Assembly (NCBI GenBank): GCA_951406725.2
Contig: OX597827.1
Coordinates: 34,782,001 to 34,846,000, forward strand
Source of the DNA: Octopus vulgaris
Lineage: Eukaryota
Direction of reading: 5' to 3'
DNA length: 64,000 nt
Shown: in pieces, positions 25,146 to 38,215 of the stretch
How positions within the stretch are numbered: the stretch's first letter is position 1
Layout of the letters: every line of letters begins with the position of its first letter
Notes under the pieces: generated by a model
Told to the model about the DNA's origin: nothing
Databases searched by the model: none
What the model saw: only the letters and a program-made list of their open reading frames with translations
Position numbers and translations under genes: made by a program

Positions 25146-25147
25146 TC

Positions 25148-25200
<53 letters not shown>

Positions 25201-25202
<2 letters not shown>

Positions 25203-25485
25203 AGGCGCAATGGCCCAGTGGTTTGGGCAGCGGACTCGCGGTCGTAGGATCGCAGTTTCGATTCCCAGACCGGGTGTTGTGAGTGTTTATTGAGCGAAAA
25301 CATCTAAAAGCTCCACGAGGCTCCAGCAGGGGGTGGTGATCCCTGCTGTACTCTTTCACCACTCTTTCTTCAGTTGGCCTGCTCGCTTAGCCAGCGGGGT
25401 GGCGTCATTCGAAGGCTAAAACAATGTGAAAGCATTGTGACCAGCGATGTGTAACTACATCTGATGGACTGGTCGGTCACATGAT

Positions 25486-25492
<7 letters not shown>
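25201..25492 (+). mobile_element. SINE family B, full head
   Basis: GGAGGCGCAATGGCCCAGTGG (box A)..GTTTCGATTCC (box B); distinct tail ending GATCACGTGA. Confidence 0.85.
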
Positions 25493-25539
<47 letters not shown>

Positions 25540-25825
25540 TCACACACACCATATATTTATAGGCATTTCACTGAGTGAAATGACACTATTATCTAACAAA
25601 AGCTGATTTATTTAAAACAATCACCTGAGGAGATGAATCTTACATCTTGTATTAGAAACAATGACTACACCTGTTAATTTTATCATCTCACCAATGTCCT
25701 ACAAATGTAAAATTATGACTAACTGTAGTGATATTAAATAAAGAATGTCATTCAATACATTTTCTATTATTTATCTACTGATACTATGGAATTCCTTATG
25801 TATATCAAGTAGCTAGAACGTTTCT

Positions 25826-26608
25826 TGTTTCTTTACTGCCTACAAGGGGCTACACACAGAGGGGACAAACAAGTACAGACAAATGGATTAAGTCGATAAT
25901 ATCGACCCCAGTGCGTAACTGGTACTTATTTAATCGACCCCGAAAGGATGAAAGGCAAAGTCGACCTCGGCGGAGTTTGAACTCAAAATGTAGCGGTAGA
26001 CAAAATATCTATTTCATTACTACCCACAAGGGGTTAAACACAGAGAAGACAAACAAGGACAGACAAACGGATTAAGTTGATAATATCGACCCCAGTGTGT
26101 AACTGGTACTTATTTAATCGACCCCGAAAGGATGAAAGGCAAAGTCGACCTCAGCGGAGTTTGAACTCAAAATGTAGCGGTAGACAAAATATCTATTTCA
26201 TTACTACCCACAAGGGGTTAGACACAGAGAAGACAAACAAGGACAGACAAACGGATTAAGTTGATAATATCGACCCCAGTGTGTAACTGGTACTTATTTA
26301 ATCGACCCCGAAAGGATGAAAGGCAAAGTCGACCTCGGCGGAATTTGAACTCAAAATGTAGTGACAGACGAAATATCTATTTCTTTACTACCCACAAGGA
26401 GCTAAACACAGAGAGGACAAACAAGGACAGACAAACGGATTAAGTTGATTATATCGACCCCAGTGCGTAACTGGTACTTATTTAATCGACCCTGAAAGGA
26501 CGAAAGGCAAAGTCGACCTCGGCGGAATTTGAACTCAGAACGTAGTGGCCGACGAAATACGGCTAAGCATTTCACCTGGTGTACTAACGATTCTGCCAGC
26601 TCGCCACT
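25826..26608 (-). repeat. SINE family C-derived tandem array, 4 x 184 bp with a single head
   Basis: ORFs 26077 and 26261 are near-identical and 184 bp apart; units start ~25826, 26010, 26194, 26378; head only at 26545-26608. Confidence 0.9.
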
Positions 26609-28066
26609 TTCGGATCATGTCGTTCACAAGAAGAGACTCAATAGATCACAGTGTGGTAGCTGCTCTACTGAACACGTCACTCCGAATGGTAGCTAGAATG
26701 TTTCTGCTATATGATGACACCAGGAAGCCTATAACAGTGGACAGGTTTTGCATAGTGTTCTACAAAGTTTTTGCCCAAATCTTAGTTAACACATATATAT
26801 ATACAATTCTTGTATCTTCCATTTTCTGTCTCTCTGCTTTTCTTTACACAAACCGGGAAGATATATTGCAGAACTGTTATTTTAATGAGTTATATCTACT
26901 TATCACCCAAAGGGACACATCTGCACTGCTGGATGCTCCTGAACCAGCTGTTAAGTATCCCACCCACGAGGGATCGATGCTAAATGGGTCGAAACAATTG
27001 TAGTGATTAATAAAAATTCTTTTATGTTTCATCTTCTGTCTCTCATTAATCATTGTGAAAGTGATCGAGCTTCACCAGTAATCTACCAGGTATAATCCAT
27101 TCATTTTATTATCTAATATATATCAGTTTCTTTTGCTGATCTACTAAGTTACATACCAACACTGGTTGCCAAGCAGTGGTGATGGACAAACACAGATCGA
27201 AAGACACACACTCACACACACACATATTAGGGTGGAGCGAAAAAGGTACTTTTTATGCAGATTTTTTAATATGTTTTCAAGAATATATTTTCTATTGTGA
27301 AATCCTTCAAAAACAACTGTTAAAATCCGAAATTCTTAAATTTACATCTTCAGGCTCCGGAGCCCACTTAAAATTTTGAGCAACGAGCAAAAAAATCAAT
27401 TTATAACAAGCTTGCCATTCCTCATTTTATTTTTTACATTCATTGTTACGAATTAATTTTCTTTTGTGAAATCCTTTAAAAACAAGGGTTTTAAAATCTC
27501 AAACTCTAAAATTTATATCTTCAGACTCCGCAATGCACTTGAAATTTTGAAATTATGTGAAATAAATAGACTTTTTGACTTTGTTTTCTATATTATTTTT
27601 AATACTAGGTCACCAAATATGTGTGTTACTTGAGGTCTAGATTACATACACATTAAAATAAATTAAACAGATTATCAAGATTGTAGCTGAAAAGATAATT
27701 CTTCTTTGGTAAAACGCATCCATCCCCTGTGTTACGATTGAGTCAGATAAACTGAAAATCTTAAACTTTCCTTTGCTGATGTAGAAGGGCAACTGTGATC
27801 TGGCTGATTCTTTCTAAACAACCTCTGAATGTTCTGTTTAGATACTGCTTGATCTATTCCACCAATGATCATTTTGTGATTTGTCCATTGATCCTGTAAA
27901 AAATCTTGTTCTCTGTATGGTACTTCTCTGTCTCTACTACAACTTCAGTTTTTAAAGGAGTTGCACTTGCAACAGGAAATGTCAAATAAATCTTTTGTTG
28001 CATTGTTTTTAAACACATTACACTTTGAAACAATGGTACACTTTTTCTATTTTTCACAAAGTGTGT

Positions 28067-28367
28067 TTGTTCCTTGTCGAGCCACGACTGGCTCATAAGG
28101 GCCGGTTTCCCGGTTTCGTTGGCGTATAGGTTCCCCACCTGGACGGGACGCCGGTCCATCGCAGGTGAGCTGCAAGATGCAGGAAGAAAGAATGAGAAAA
28201 AGTTGTAGCGAAAGAGTCAGCAGAAGTTCACCACTACCTTCTGCCGGATCCGTGTGGAGCTTAGGTGTTTCACTCATAAACACACACATCACCTGGCCTG
28301 AGATTCGAACCTGTGATCCCTCGACCGCAAGTCCGCTGCTCTAACCACTAGGCCATGTGCCTCCACA
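28067..28367 (-). mobile_element. SINE family B with V-domain-like tail and 11-bp TSD
   Basis: TSD ACAAAGTGTGT at 28056-28066 and 28368-28378; minus strand CTGCGATGGACCGGCGTCCCGTCCAGG resembles the V-SINE core. Confidence 0.85.
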
Positions 28368-28389
28368 ACAAAGTGTGTAGAGTGTGGTC

Positions 28390-28772
28390 ATCTCAAAAAG
28401 AAGACCAGGCTTCACCAGCACAGGATCTCCCTGATTGTGTTGAGGAAAATGATAACTTTTTGAAAATAGTGATAAGAAGTGACAATTTATGGGTCTTTGG
28501 CTATGTCCCAGAAACTAAAGATTGAAAGGAATCCCACTTGAAAGTAACAAGATTTCAAGACATCAAGGAAATCTAAGATAATGCAATGAGGCAGCTGTTC
28601 AATATCCCAAAAAAGAAGTTCCAGGAATGCTTCCATCAATGGAAATGATGCTGGGAAAAGTGCATGGCTTGAGAAGAGAATTACTTCAAAGGTGATTAAA
28701 TGTGGAATTGATATGGACTGTAATTTTCTTTTTATAGCATCAGTCTTGATACTTTTTTAATCAGACCTCATA
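28390..28772 (+). pseudogene. Mariner transposase C-terminal remnant and right end
   Basis: Translates NIPKKKFQECFHQWK*CWEKCMA*EENYFKGD*, typical mariner C-terminus; ends TTTTTAATCAGACCTCATA. Confidence 0.7.
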
Positions 28773-29266
28773 CATGTGTATACACAGTTGTACATGCATG
28801 TACATATGTGTAAATCTGTATACAAGTGTGTACATCTGTGTGAAGGTTTGTACATGCATATACATGTGTGCATATGTGTACATTCATGTACATGTGCACA
28901 GTTGTCTGTACAGCTGTCTGTGCTTATGTAAATGACATACACGCAGCAGATATTGTTGGACATTTCCTGAACCAACACCTTTCTGTAGATCAGTTTTTTT
29001 TCATCTACCATTCCCCCGACCTCCATCGTCAACACAACAACAACACTATCATATCATCCCATGATGCTAAGTAACATTGATGCAACCAGCAGACATTTGT
29101 GTATTTAAGTCCGCAACATTCATTGCCAACTATTACAGGCAACATGCCAAACTAGTAATAGCTGTGTCCATTCTATTTTCTTGCAGTAACTATCAGATGT
29201 TTATAATTAGTTATTAGCTGAACAACAACAACAGCAACATATATATTTATTTATATAGTTATTATA

Positions 29267-29606
29267 GGCGCAGGAGTGGCTGTGTGCTAAGTAGTCCCAC
29301 TGCATAGCATCTTGGGCAAGTGTCTTCTACTATAGCCTCGGGCTGATCAAAGCCTTGTGAGTGGATTTGGTAGATGGAAACTGAAAGAAGCCCGTCGTAT
29401 ATGTTTGTGTATCTGTGTTTATCCTGCCAACATTGCTTGACAACAATGCTGGTGTGCTTACGTCCCTGTCACTTAGCGGTTCGGCAAGAGTGACCGATAG
29501 AATAAGTACTGGGCTTGCAAAGAATAAGTCTTGGGGTTGATTTGCTCAACTAAAGGCGGTGCTCCAGCATGGCCACAGTCAAATGACTGAAACAAGTAAA
29601 AGAGAG
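29267..29606 (+). mobile_element. SINE family A (box B region deleted)
   Basis: Matches family A consensus. Confidence 0.85.
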
Positions 29607-29621
29607 TTAAAGCTGAATATA

Positions 29622-29817
29622 TATAAGGTTCCTGACTTTAAGTAAAAGGAAATACAAGAGGATCACTTAATTATAATTTCCTGCAACATATCCCTCTCAT
29701 ATTCACACACTTATTGCAGCAGTCCTTCAGTTTTTTCTAAAGGAATTTTGTACGTTGGGCCTCCAACAGGGCCTTTTGCAATACCCTTGAAGCCAGGAAC
29801 TTTCCAGCATCTCACTG
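29622..29817 (-). mobile_element. Probable mariner-derived MITE remnant
   Basis: Minus strand encodes a CNKCVNMRG-like mariner C-terminal peptide; CCTGACTT / CCAGGAACTTT end motifs. Confidence 0.4.
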
Positions 29818-29836
29818 TGTGTGTATGTTTTTGTGT

Positions 29837-29867
<31 letters not shown>

Positions 29868-30316
29868 GTTTAACAATAGTTTAAAAGGAACAATTCATTT
29901 TCAACTGTTTTGACTACATTTTGGTAAGAGAGACTAAAGCGTTCTCTAAAACAGTCACCACACCTTGGCTAAATAAGATAGCATAACAGCTGCTCACACA
30001 GCTACTGGACACAACCAAAAGGCTAAAACAGCCCTAAATTCTCCTCTCATAGTCATTGTTCTTAGTGTCATATGACATTTTGCTCCAAGACAAGTGCTTT
30101 GGCAGTACCTTTTTGCATGCTGTCACATGACCTTAGCATAAAAACTTCCCTTACCTTTCCATGTGACTATCCTCAACCAATCAATCTGTATGTCAACTGA
30201 TCGGGATCTGAACCACTTTCTCTCTATAAAAACAAATGATTTTTAAAACAGCTACCAGAAAAGATAAAGCTCCACATAAAATACATTTTTGGAAATCAAA
30301 TGTGAAACCGGTTAGT

Positions 30317-30371
<55 letters not shown>

Positions 30372-31195
30372 CATATCTGAATACATATTAAAATTTAAAT
30401 AACTCTTCATGTATTCTCTGTGCATTTTCAAGTAGATTTATTTCTTCTGCACTATTACTTGTTTGAATTAGTAATGATTTATATATACATATATGTTAGG
30501 CTTCTTTCAGTTTCCAGCTACAAAATCCACATACAAGGCCTTTGTTGGGCTGAGACTATAGTAAAAGACACTTGCCTAAGGTGCCATCAAATGGGACTGA
30601 ACCTGAGGAAGCAAACTTTTTAATGAAATATCCATGCCTGAAGCTATACAGTCTATAATTGAAATTTCTTAATCATTAATTTTAAAAAGTGATAATTATT
30701 CATATTCTTGGGATTCATTTTTGTTATGAATGCCATTTTTAAGAGTAATAGTTGACTTTATCTTTTTGCTGGTGGTCAAGTTACCACAATTTCTGCTATG
30801 CTGTGATATTCTGTGAGATAACACTATAGTTTATGCTTAGAAAATATTTATATAGTCTTTTTGTTTTTTGCCAGAGGATACAGCATGGCCCCTTAGTGTA
30901 ATTGGTTGCACAACTGCTTCAAATGCAATAGATATAATGTTTAAGTCCTGGGTTAGTGCTTTTATATATATATATATATATATTTCATATAATTTATACA
31001 AAAGATTGAAAATAGCACAGCTCATAGAAATGTTTGACAGCAATTACAAGAACTTGTGTTATTCTCCTAGAAATAACACAAATATACAAGCTTAAATAAA
31101 AAGTTAAATAAAAACCAAGATAAATTTGATATAAACAAATAATGATGATGATGATGATGATGATGCTGCTGCTGATGATGATGATAATGATGATG

Positions 31196-31239
<44 letters not shown>

Positions 31240-31240
<1 letters not shown>

Positions 31241-32160
31241 GTATCTGGTAACATCTCAGATGGAAAATTTCATGTGGAAAATTTTTGGTGAGGATTAACA
31301 TCAAGAGAGGAATATTTCAAGGAGATAGCCTATCACTATTGCTGTTTCTGATTTCTATGACACCCCTCACACAGATACTACAGAAAGTGAGATCAGGGTA
31401 TACCTTGAAAAGTGGAGGAAAATTAAATCATCTGTTATATATGGATGACTTAAAGATCTTTGGGAAGACCGAATGTGAAACAAATGGCCTAGTTTCAACA
31501 GTGCAGATATTCAGTAAAAATATCGGAATGGAATTTGGGACTAAAATTTGTGGTATGCTTATAATACGAAAAGGCAAAATAGTGTTGTCTGATGGTGTAG
31601 AACTACCCATCAGTGAGAAAATCAAGTATATTGAGTATTTTGGAATGTGACAAAACCAAGGAAAGTGAAATGAAGGAAAGTTTTAAGTGAGAATATCTTA
31701 GAAGAGCCAAATTAATTACGGGAAGTAGTTTCAAAGAAAAAAACAAGATCAGGGCAATGAGCACATGGGCTGTTTCCTTAATGCAATATGGTGCAGATTG
31801 TTAGGTGGACAAAAACTGAGCTTCAGGAAATGGACAGGGAAACCAGAAAAGTGATGACAATTGACAAGGAACTATACCCCAAAATTGATACTGACAGACT
31901 CTATGTGTCGAGGAACAGGGGAGGAAGAGGTCTCATAGAATGCAAGATTTGTGTTGTCAATGAAAAGAACAGTCTGAGATGGTTCATCAAACAACAGAAT
32001 GGATCCATTGTTTGAGTTAGCAATTCAATGTCTACCAAAAATGTGATGCACTCACAAACATTTAAGAAACATGATGAAGAAGAAAGAATAAACAATTGGA
32101 AAATGAAATCACTGCATGGGCAATACCTCAGAGAAATCAAAGGGGAAGACGAGACCAACT
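31240..32160 (+). pseudogene. R4/Dong-like non-LTR retrotransposon RT fragment
   Basis: IKRGIFQGDSLS, NHLLYMDDLK, GMEFG..C, DRLYVSRNRGGRGL, LHGQY; frameshifted; preceded by (AAT)n. Confidence 0.85.
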
Positions 32161-34322
32161 CTAACCCCCTCCTGGCTGACACGGAGATAGGTAGATCTCG
32201 CATCCAGTGAAGAGGGGCATGAAAGACTGCAGTTTGGAAAGACTGGTTTCACTAATGGCTGCTACATCTACACTAAGGGACCTCAGGTCGTTTAAAAGGT
32301 AACCTTGTTTCCAAGGCAACCCAAGGTCCCTGACATTTATACAACCAATTTTGAGCATGATCATGTTAAAAATAACAAATATTTAAGATGGAGATGAGCT
32401 CTACTTACCATTGTTGATTGGTGGGTTGCCCCCCCCCTTATTTCTTGGTGTGGGTGTTTCCATGAGTAAATTTTTATATAGTCTTTCTAAAAAGGCTTTC
32501 TGAAATGACCCAGCAGCTTCAGGAAAGTTTTTTAGTGTGTTGTACGTGTGCTATGTAATTTTTAGAATTTGTATGTGTGGTGGTGGTGCATTGTGTGTTG
32601 TGAAGACAAAGTCTTCCATTTTGGTGTTTGTGTTGTTCCTTAAGTGTATAACGATATGTATATTGTCTGTGTTTATGGCTGTGAGGTTGGTAGTGCTTGT
32701 GGAGTCTGTGTTGTAATTTGTGTTGGTTTTTGAGGTGGTGGTGCCTGTGAAAGTGGTTTGTTGTTGCTGGTTGTTGTGTGTGTGTATTGCTGCTGTTGGG
32801 AAGTTCAGCTTGTTTGTACCTCCCCTTTATTTTCTAATAGTTCTTAGTTCTTTTCTTTCTCTTTCTTGGGGGCACTGTGTGCCACTCCCCAATCTTGACC
32901 TCAGTATTTGAGCAGTCCGAGTTGTTTGGGTTGGGAAAGGGAATGTTTTGTAGATCCTGGACTAGTGGGGGTTCATTTGTTGCTGGTACTGCTGTTGCTA
33001 TTGGTGGTGGTGACAGTCCCCTGGTTTTTGGTGTTGAAGCCTCAGTGATGGCTGGAGGCATCATTGCTGGTGATGGTGGGGGTGATAGCGCCAGTGCTGC
33101 CCTTGGTGCATCGACCGCTGGTGCCTGCTGCTGCTGCACCTGTTGTTGCTATTGCTGTTGCTGCACTGGAGGTGGCACTGACACTGGTGTTGGTAGTAGC
33201 ACTGGCTGTTCCTCCCCTATCTTTCTGGGACAAGAGACCTTGAGGTAGTTCTTATCACCACAAAGATAACACCTCGGCCTCCTGTCCTCTATGGCCATGT
33301 GTAGTTTTGTGCCATCTGGCAGACTGATTGAGTCAGGGATAAGCTCTATGCTCTCTTGTTCCACATGGATTAAGAGCTCCATCTCCTGACTTGACAAATT
33401 TTGTTGGTGCAACATGTGCACCCCCTACACCCAGTATTGTGGCGGTGTCTTCTATGTCTAGAAGGACTGCTGCCACCAGCCAGCCAGCATATATTTATTT
33501 CTGGTAGCACCACCTCAATTTCTATTTTTGTTACGCACTGATCAAGGTATATAGGCACGAGTAAAATGTCTTGACCTTTTAGTGACACTGTGGAATGGTG
33601 TCTTGCTTCTTGCTCCATTGCAAAATGTGCCTCCACAGTGCTGAAACGTTTTCCTCCTGTTACATACGTTTTTACGTTCCATACTGTCATAAGTAGGAGT
33701 TCAAATTGCTCTTATATTGCTTGTTCTATTCTTTTTTGTGTGTTTACTCATTTGTAAATTAGTGTTTTTTGTCTCTAATTATATCATTTGGTGTATTTAT
33801 CACTACATTGTTTCCATTTTTTATTATTAGGCCTTTTGAGGCTTTAATTTCTTCCATTGTGACATGTGACTTTTCTTTAATTTGCCTCGCTGCCAAGATT
33901 TCAGCTTGTTGCTGTTGTTGTTCATATTTGTAATGGTGGTGGCAGTGTCAGTGTCATTCTTTCTCTCCTGCTTTCTTTCTTCTTTCCTCTCTTCCCCCTT
34001 CTCCTGTGCAGGAACAACAGTGGTGGTGAGGGCAGGGAAGTCTTCATTGAACTGGCTGTTCAACCTGCATCTCTCACTCCCCCACTCAGTCACCATTGTT
34101 GTTTGTTTACGAAAATTTTTCAAAGAAGTTTTTTTGTAAAAAAGTGTGTATTTAGCCCCCAAAAGGGGACTTTTTCCAACAAAAATAGCTCCCTGGCAGG
34201 ACAACTTCCCCAGAAACTGAATTCAATAACAAAAACTGGAGTTCAATAAACTCTTCACAACAAAATGACAAGCACGAATTACTACTCATGGAGCTCAAAA
34301 AGACACATCTTGACATGCTGAC
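32161..34322 (-). pseudogene. Tx1/L1-type LINE 5' half (degraded ORF1 with zinc knuckle plus start of APE ORF2)
   Basis: CYLCGDKNYLKVSC knuckle (33149-33421); KIGCINVR..L..DVAAISET APE N-terminus (32161-32364); truncated at 32161. Confidence 0.75.
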
Positions 34323-34367
34323 AAAAACAACAACAATAATAATAATAATAGTAATAACAATAATAAT

Positions 34368-35060
34368 GGTTTAAAATTTTGGGACAAGGTAAGCAATTTC
34401 AGGGAAGGGATTAAGTTGATTACAATGACCCCAGTGCTCAACTAATACTTATTTTAGCTACCCCGAAAGGATGAAAGGCAAAGTTGACCCTGGTAGAATT
34501 TGAGCTCAGAATGTAAAGACATGCAGTGCCACTAAGCATTTAGCCTAGCATGCTAATGATTCTGCCAGGTTACCACCTTAATAATAATAATTATAATTAT
34601 AATAGCTCTTTCTATTATAGACACAAAGCTTGAAATTTTGGGGGAGGGGGAAAGTCGATCACATCGACCTCAGTGTTTCACTGGTACTTCATTTATCGAC
34701 CCTGAAAGAACGAAAAGCAAAGTTGACCTTGGTGGAATTTGAACTGAAAATGTAGCGACGGGTGAAACACTGCTAAACATTTTGTCTGCTGTGCCAACGA
34801 TCCTGCTAGCTTGCCACCTTCTTAATAATAATAATAATGATAATTCTTTCTACTAAAGGCAAAAGGCCTGAAATTTGTGGGGGGGGCAACTAGTTGATCA
34901 CATCAACCCCAGTGTTTCAATGGTACTTAATTTATCGACCCTGAAAGGATGAAAGGTAAAGTTGTTCTTGGCAGGATTTAATCTCAGAATGTAAAGACAG
35001 ACGAAATTCCACAAAGCATTTTGCCTGGTGTGCTATCGATTCTGCCAGCTCACCACCTTA
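34368..35060 (-). mobile_element. Three head-to-tail SINE family C copies separated by (AAT)n
   Basis: Same arrangement as 11640-12285. Confidence 0.85.
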
Positions 35061-35155
35061 TTGATAATAATAATAATAATACTGATAATTTTTATGTATA
35101 CATGTTTCTTTGTATGTGTATATGTGTTAATATAATTATATCTATTCTATTGCAG

Positions 35156-35324
35156 TTCTTCCGAAGATGATGGTTCCACTACCAATATTGCTATAAGGAA
35201 GTAGCCCTCACCAAATATATCTGCTGCACATTTATAGGACATATGTTACCTACCTGGCTGCAAATTCACACATTATGGACCTGGAGTTCAAATCATTGGT
35301 TTTCGCACTTATTCTACAAAGGAG
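35156..35324 (+). other. Putative 5'-UTR exon of the ZF gene
   Basis: Acceptor TATTGCAG| at 35155, weak donor GAG|GTATAC at 35325, next acceptor TTCCTTTGTAG| at 35505. Confidence 0.4.
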
Positions 35325-35335
35325 GTATACCTAGC

Positions 35336-35387
<52 letters not shown>

Positions 35388-35585
35388 TATACATATATAT
35401 ACATATATATATATATATTTATATATACACACATATATATATATATGTATGCATATGCATATATTAATATATATATATGTATGAAAATATATCTTTCCTT
35501 TGTAGTGACAACAGCTCTGTTTGGAAGAATTTCCCCTGTCAAGTAGTCAGTGAATGCATCATCAATATCTAAATAACTACGTATC

Positions 35586-36968
35586 ATGAAAAAAACCCCA
35601 AGGTGTGATATCTGCGGCAAAGTGTTTTCCCGCCGAGACAATCTCGAGAGACATAAGGCTACTCACCAAGGAACTAAGCTTTTCACTTGTGAAGTGTGTA
35701 GTAAACATTTTTCGCGTAAGTCCTACCTCAAGGTCCATCGAAGAATCCACACGGGCGAAAGACCCTATAAGTGTCCCACTTGCAGTTACGTTTTCAGTCG
35801 ACACGACCACCTGGCTACTCACCTGTCAACCCACCAGGACCACCGGCTTTATACGTGTGATGTCTGTTGCAAAGCGTTCAGTCGGCGTTCCTACCTCGAT
35901 GTGCACAAACGTATCCATACTGGTGAAAGACCTTACAAGTGTTCAACATGTGGCTATGCATTCAGTCGCAACGATCACCTGGTCAGCCACCTGCGGACGC
36001 ACCAAGGCTTGAAGCTGTTTACATGCGATGTCTGTTGCAAGGCATTCAGCCGCCGTTCGTATCTGAAAGTGCACAAACGCATCCACACTGGTGAACGTCC
36101 GTTCAAGTGCACAATCTGTGGATATGCATTTGCTCGCAATGACCATCTGCAGAATCACAACAAGCCAAACAAAGGCATGAGAAAGATCAGCTGTGTACCG
36201 CAGGGGCATCTGCTGGAGCAGATGCAACATGGAGACTTGCAGCATCCGACTGAGGTTGTTGGATGTGACATCAATGGCAAAGACATAGAAGAAGATGATG
36301 AAGAGGAGGAGGAGGAGGAAGAGGGAGATGAAGAGGAGGAAGATGATGTGGGGATAGCAGACGAGCTGGTAGGAGGAGGAATAATTGGAGGAGGACAAGA
36401 AGAAGAGGAAGATGATGATGAAGAAGATGCTGGAGGAGGAGGAGGTGAAATAGGCATAGGAGAAGAAGGAATAGTAGCGGAAGGAATCGGTGGAGAGATG
36501 TTGCAACAACAACAGGAAGAACAGGCGGAACGAGAGGAGAATCTTGGAGGCGACTGTAGCAGTATCATCAGTCACCCGCAGATCACCACACTGGTGTGTC
36601 ACCAACCAGATCTTGCCACTGCGGCCACCCTATCGGGCATCGGTGATGAGGACGAGCAGCAACAGCAGCAACAGCAATTGGCTGTTGCCAGTGCCACGAT
36701 GGTAGATCCAACCACCCAGCATCTACACCCAGCAGTTATGGCTACCGCCACCGCTGCTGTCACCACGGCTGGCACCACCACCACGTTGATGTATCCAATC
36801 ACGCAGATCTTCCCAACGATTCAGATGTCGGCAACAGCCACACAGATTTTCCCCACTATCCAAATGTTCCCTGTTGCCACCCAACTATCAGCCGACAGTA
36901 CCCAGCTCGGCCTGACCAATCCCCACACTGGTGTGGCACACAAGCTCAACGGTTCCATCACCACCTAA
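35586..36968 (+). CDS. C2H2 zinc-finger protein (6 canonical + 1 degenerate finger, acidic tract, Q/A/T-rich C-terminus), 460 aa
   Basis: CxxC-x12-HxxxH repeats with TGERPY/F linkers; intact ORF, GC-richer than flanks; upstream splice acceptor at 35505. Confidence 0.93.
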   Translation: MKKTPRCDICGKVFSRRDNLERHKATHQGTKLFTCEVCSKHFSRKSYLKVHRRIHTGERPYKCPTCSYVFSRHDHLATHLSTHQDHRLYTCDVCCKAFSRRSYLDVHKRIHTGERPYKCSTCGYAFSRNDHLVSHLRTHQGLKLFTCDVCCKAFSRRSYLKVHKRIHTGERPFKCTICGYAFARNDHLQNHNKPNKGMRKISCVPQGHLLEQMQHGDLQHPTEVVGCDINGKDIEEDDEEEEEEEEGDEEEEDDVGIADELVGGGIIGGGQEEEEDDDEEDAGGGGGEIGIGEEGIVAEGIGGEMLQQQQEEQAEREENLGGDCSSIISHPQITTLVCHQPDLATAATLSGIGDEDEQQQQQQQLAVASATMVDPTTQHLHPAVMATATAAVTTAGTTTTLMYPITQIFPTIQMSATATQIFPTIQMFPVATQLSADSTQLGLTNPHTGVAHKLNGSITT

Positions 36969-37202
36969 ACCTTTCCTTCTCCTTCTCCTCCTCCTCATTC
37001 TCAACTTAACCCTTTATAAACAAAACAACAACACTAATTCGTTAAAGCAATAATATTTATACATCTTTATATATACATGCACATATATATATGTGTGTGA
37101 ATATAAACATATATACAAGTGTGGGGACCCTTCTTTATCCAGCAACTATTATTTGAATTTTTTTTTTAGAACTAAATTATCCAGACAAGGTTAATGTACC
37201 TA

Positions 37203-37254
<52 letters not shown>

Positions 37255-38010
37255 ACGTATGCCTATGTCTCCTCACCCCAATTTCCTCACCATAAGTCCT
37301 TGCGGACCTACTCATTCCTATGAAAATACCCCTCCCTCACATCAACACCGCCACCACCAACAAAAAAGAAAGCACATTTCTAGGATAGGGAAAAATGAAT
37401 TAGCTGGTTTTTATTTGTTGGGGACACCACTTTCCTTCTCATTCAAACTCCAACTTTTTTTATTATTTTTTTTATTTCTGAAGGGTCCCCCTACTTTTCA
37501 CAAATTCTCCCATTGGTCAATGTGGGTCCTACTTTAGATTCTCTCTGGTCTACCTGACTGCTGATGATTCAAAACAAAAAAAAAAATACACAAAACAAAA
37601 CTAAAAACCTCATTAGTTGTTAACCAGCACATATATATTTTTCACCTTTATCTCTTAACCTCTGACCCCTATAGGTTTGTTAATTCATTAGGACATTCAA
37701 ACTTCCATTTAATAATGACCAGTGTAGCTGTCACTCTCTTCCCAGCCCTACTCCATCCTTTTCCTCAACCCTAATGATGCTAACCTGTATATCCCACTCT
37801 TTACCCTCTTTTCCAAACTTAAAAACTGACCTGTGTATCAACATCCCCTTTCTCTCCTCAACTCCACCACCCTTTTGTCAATTTCTTTCCATAACTCTAA
37901 AGACAGTCAGTACTAATTCTCTCCATTATCCTCTTCCTTACCAATGATCTTAAGTATCTTGTCCTTTACTTTCTTAACTCTATTATTTTAGAGTTTTATT
38001 TGTTCTTCAT

Positions 38011-38215
38011 TTTGACCACTCAGTGTTTTGACTGACACTGTTTGATCACTCAGTAGTGTGACTTCTAGTCCTTGATCATTCATTAATGTAGTTGTCAGCT
38101 TTTGACCGCTCGGTAGTATAGCTCTCGGTCTTCGATCATTCAGTAGTATGGTTGTCAATCCTTGATCCCTCGGTGGTGTAATTGTCTGTCTTCGATCACC
38201 TATTCAGCGGTGTAG
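38011..38215. repeat. Degenerate 30-bp minisatellite (~7 units)
   Basis: Units of form TTTGATCACTCAGTAGTGTG..GTC at 30-nt spacing. Confidence 0.8.

Noticed and set aside
25201-25275. tRNA gene
   Set aside because: tRNA-like SINE heads (also 504, 24736, 54416) continue into SINE bodies and lack a full cloverleaf
25826-26608. Regular array as possible CRISPR
   Set aside because: Eukaryotic context, no unique spacers; units are SINE bodies
26924-27005. GAAA-CAATTG-TA-GTG half-hammerhead
   Set aside because: Upstream CUGANGA too degenerate (CACTGCTGGA); possibly a decayed copy but not supportable
35943-36802. Antisense ORFs over the ZF gene
   Set aside because: Shadow frames of low-complexity coding sequence
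38011-38215. 10-aa coding repeat
   Set aside because: The most plausible frame is interrupted by stops and the ORF track shows no ORF spanning the array; treated as non-coding minisatellite
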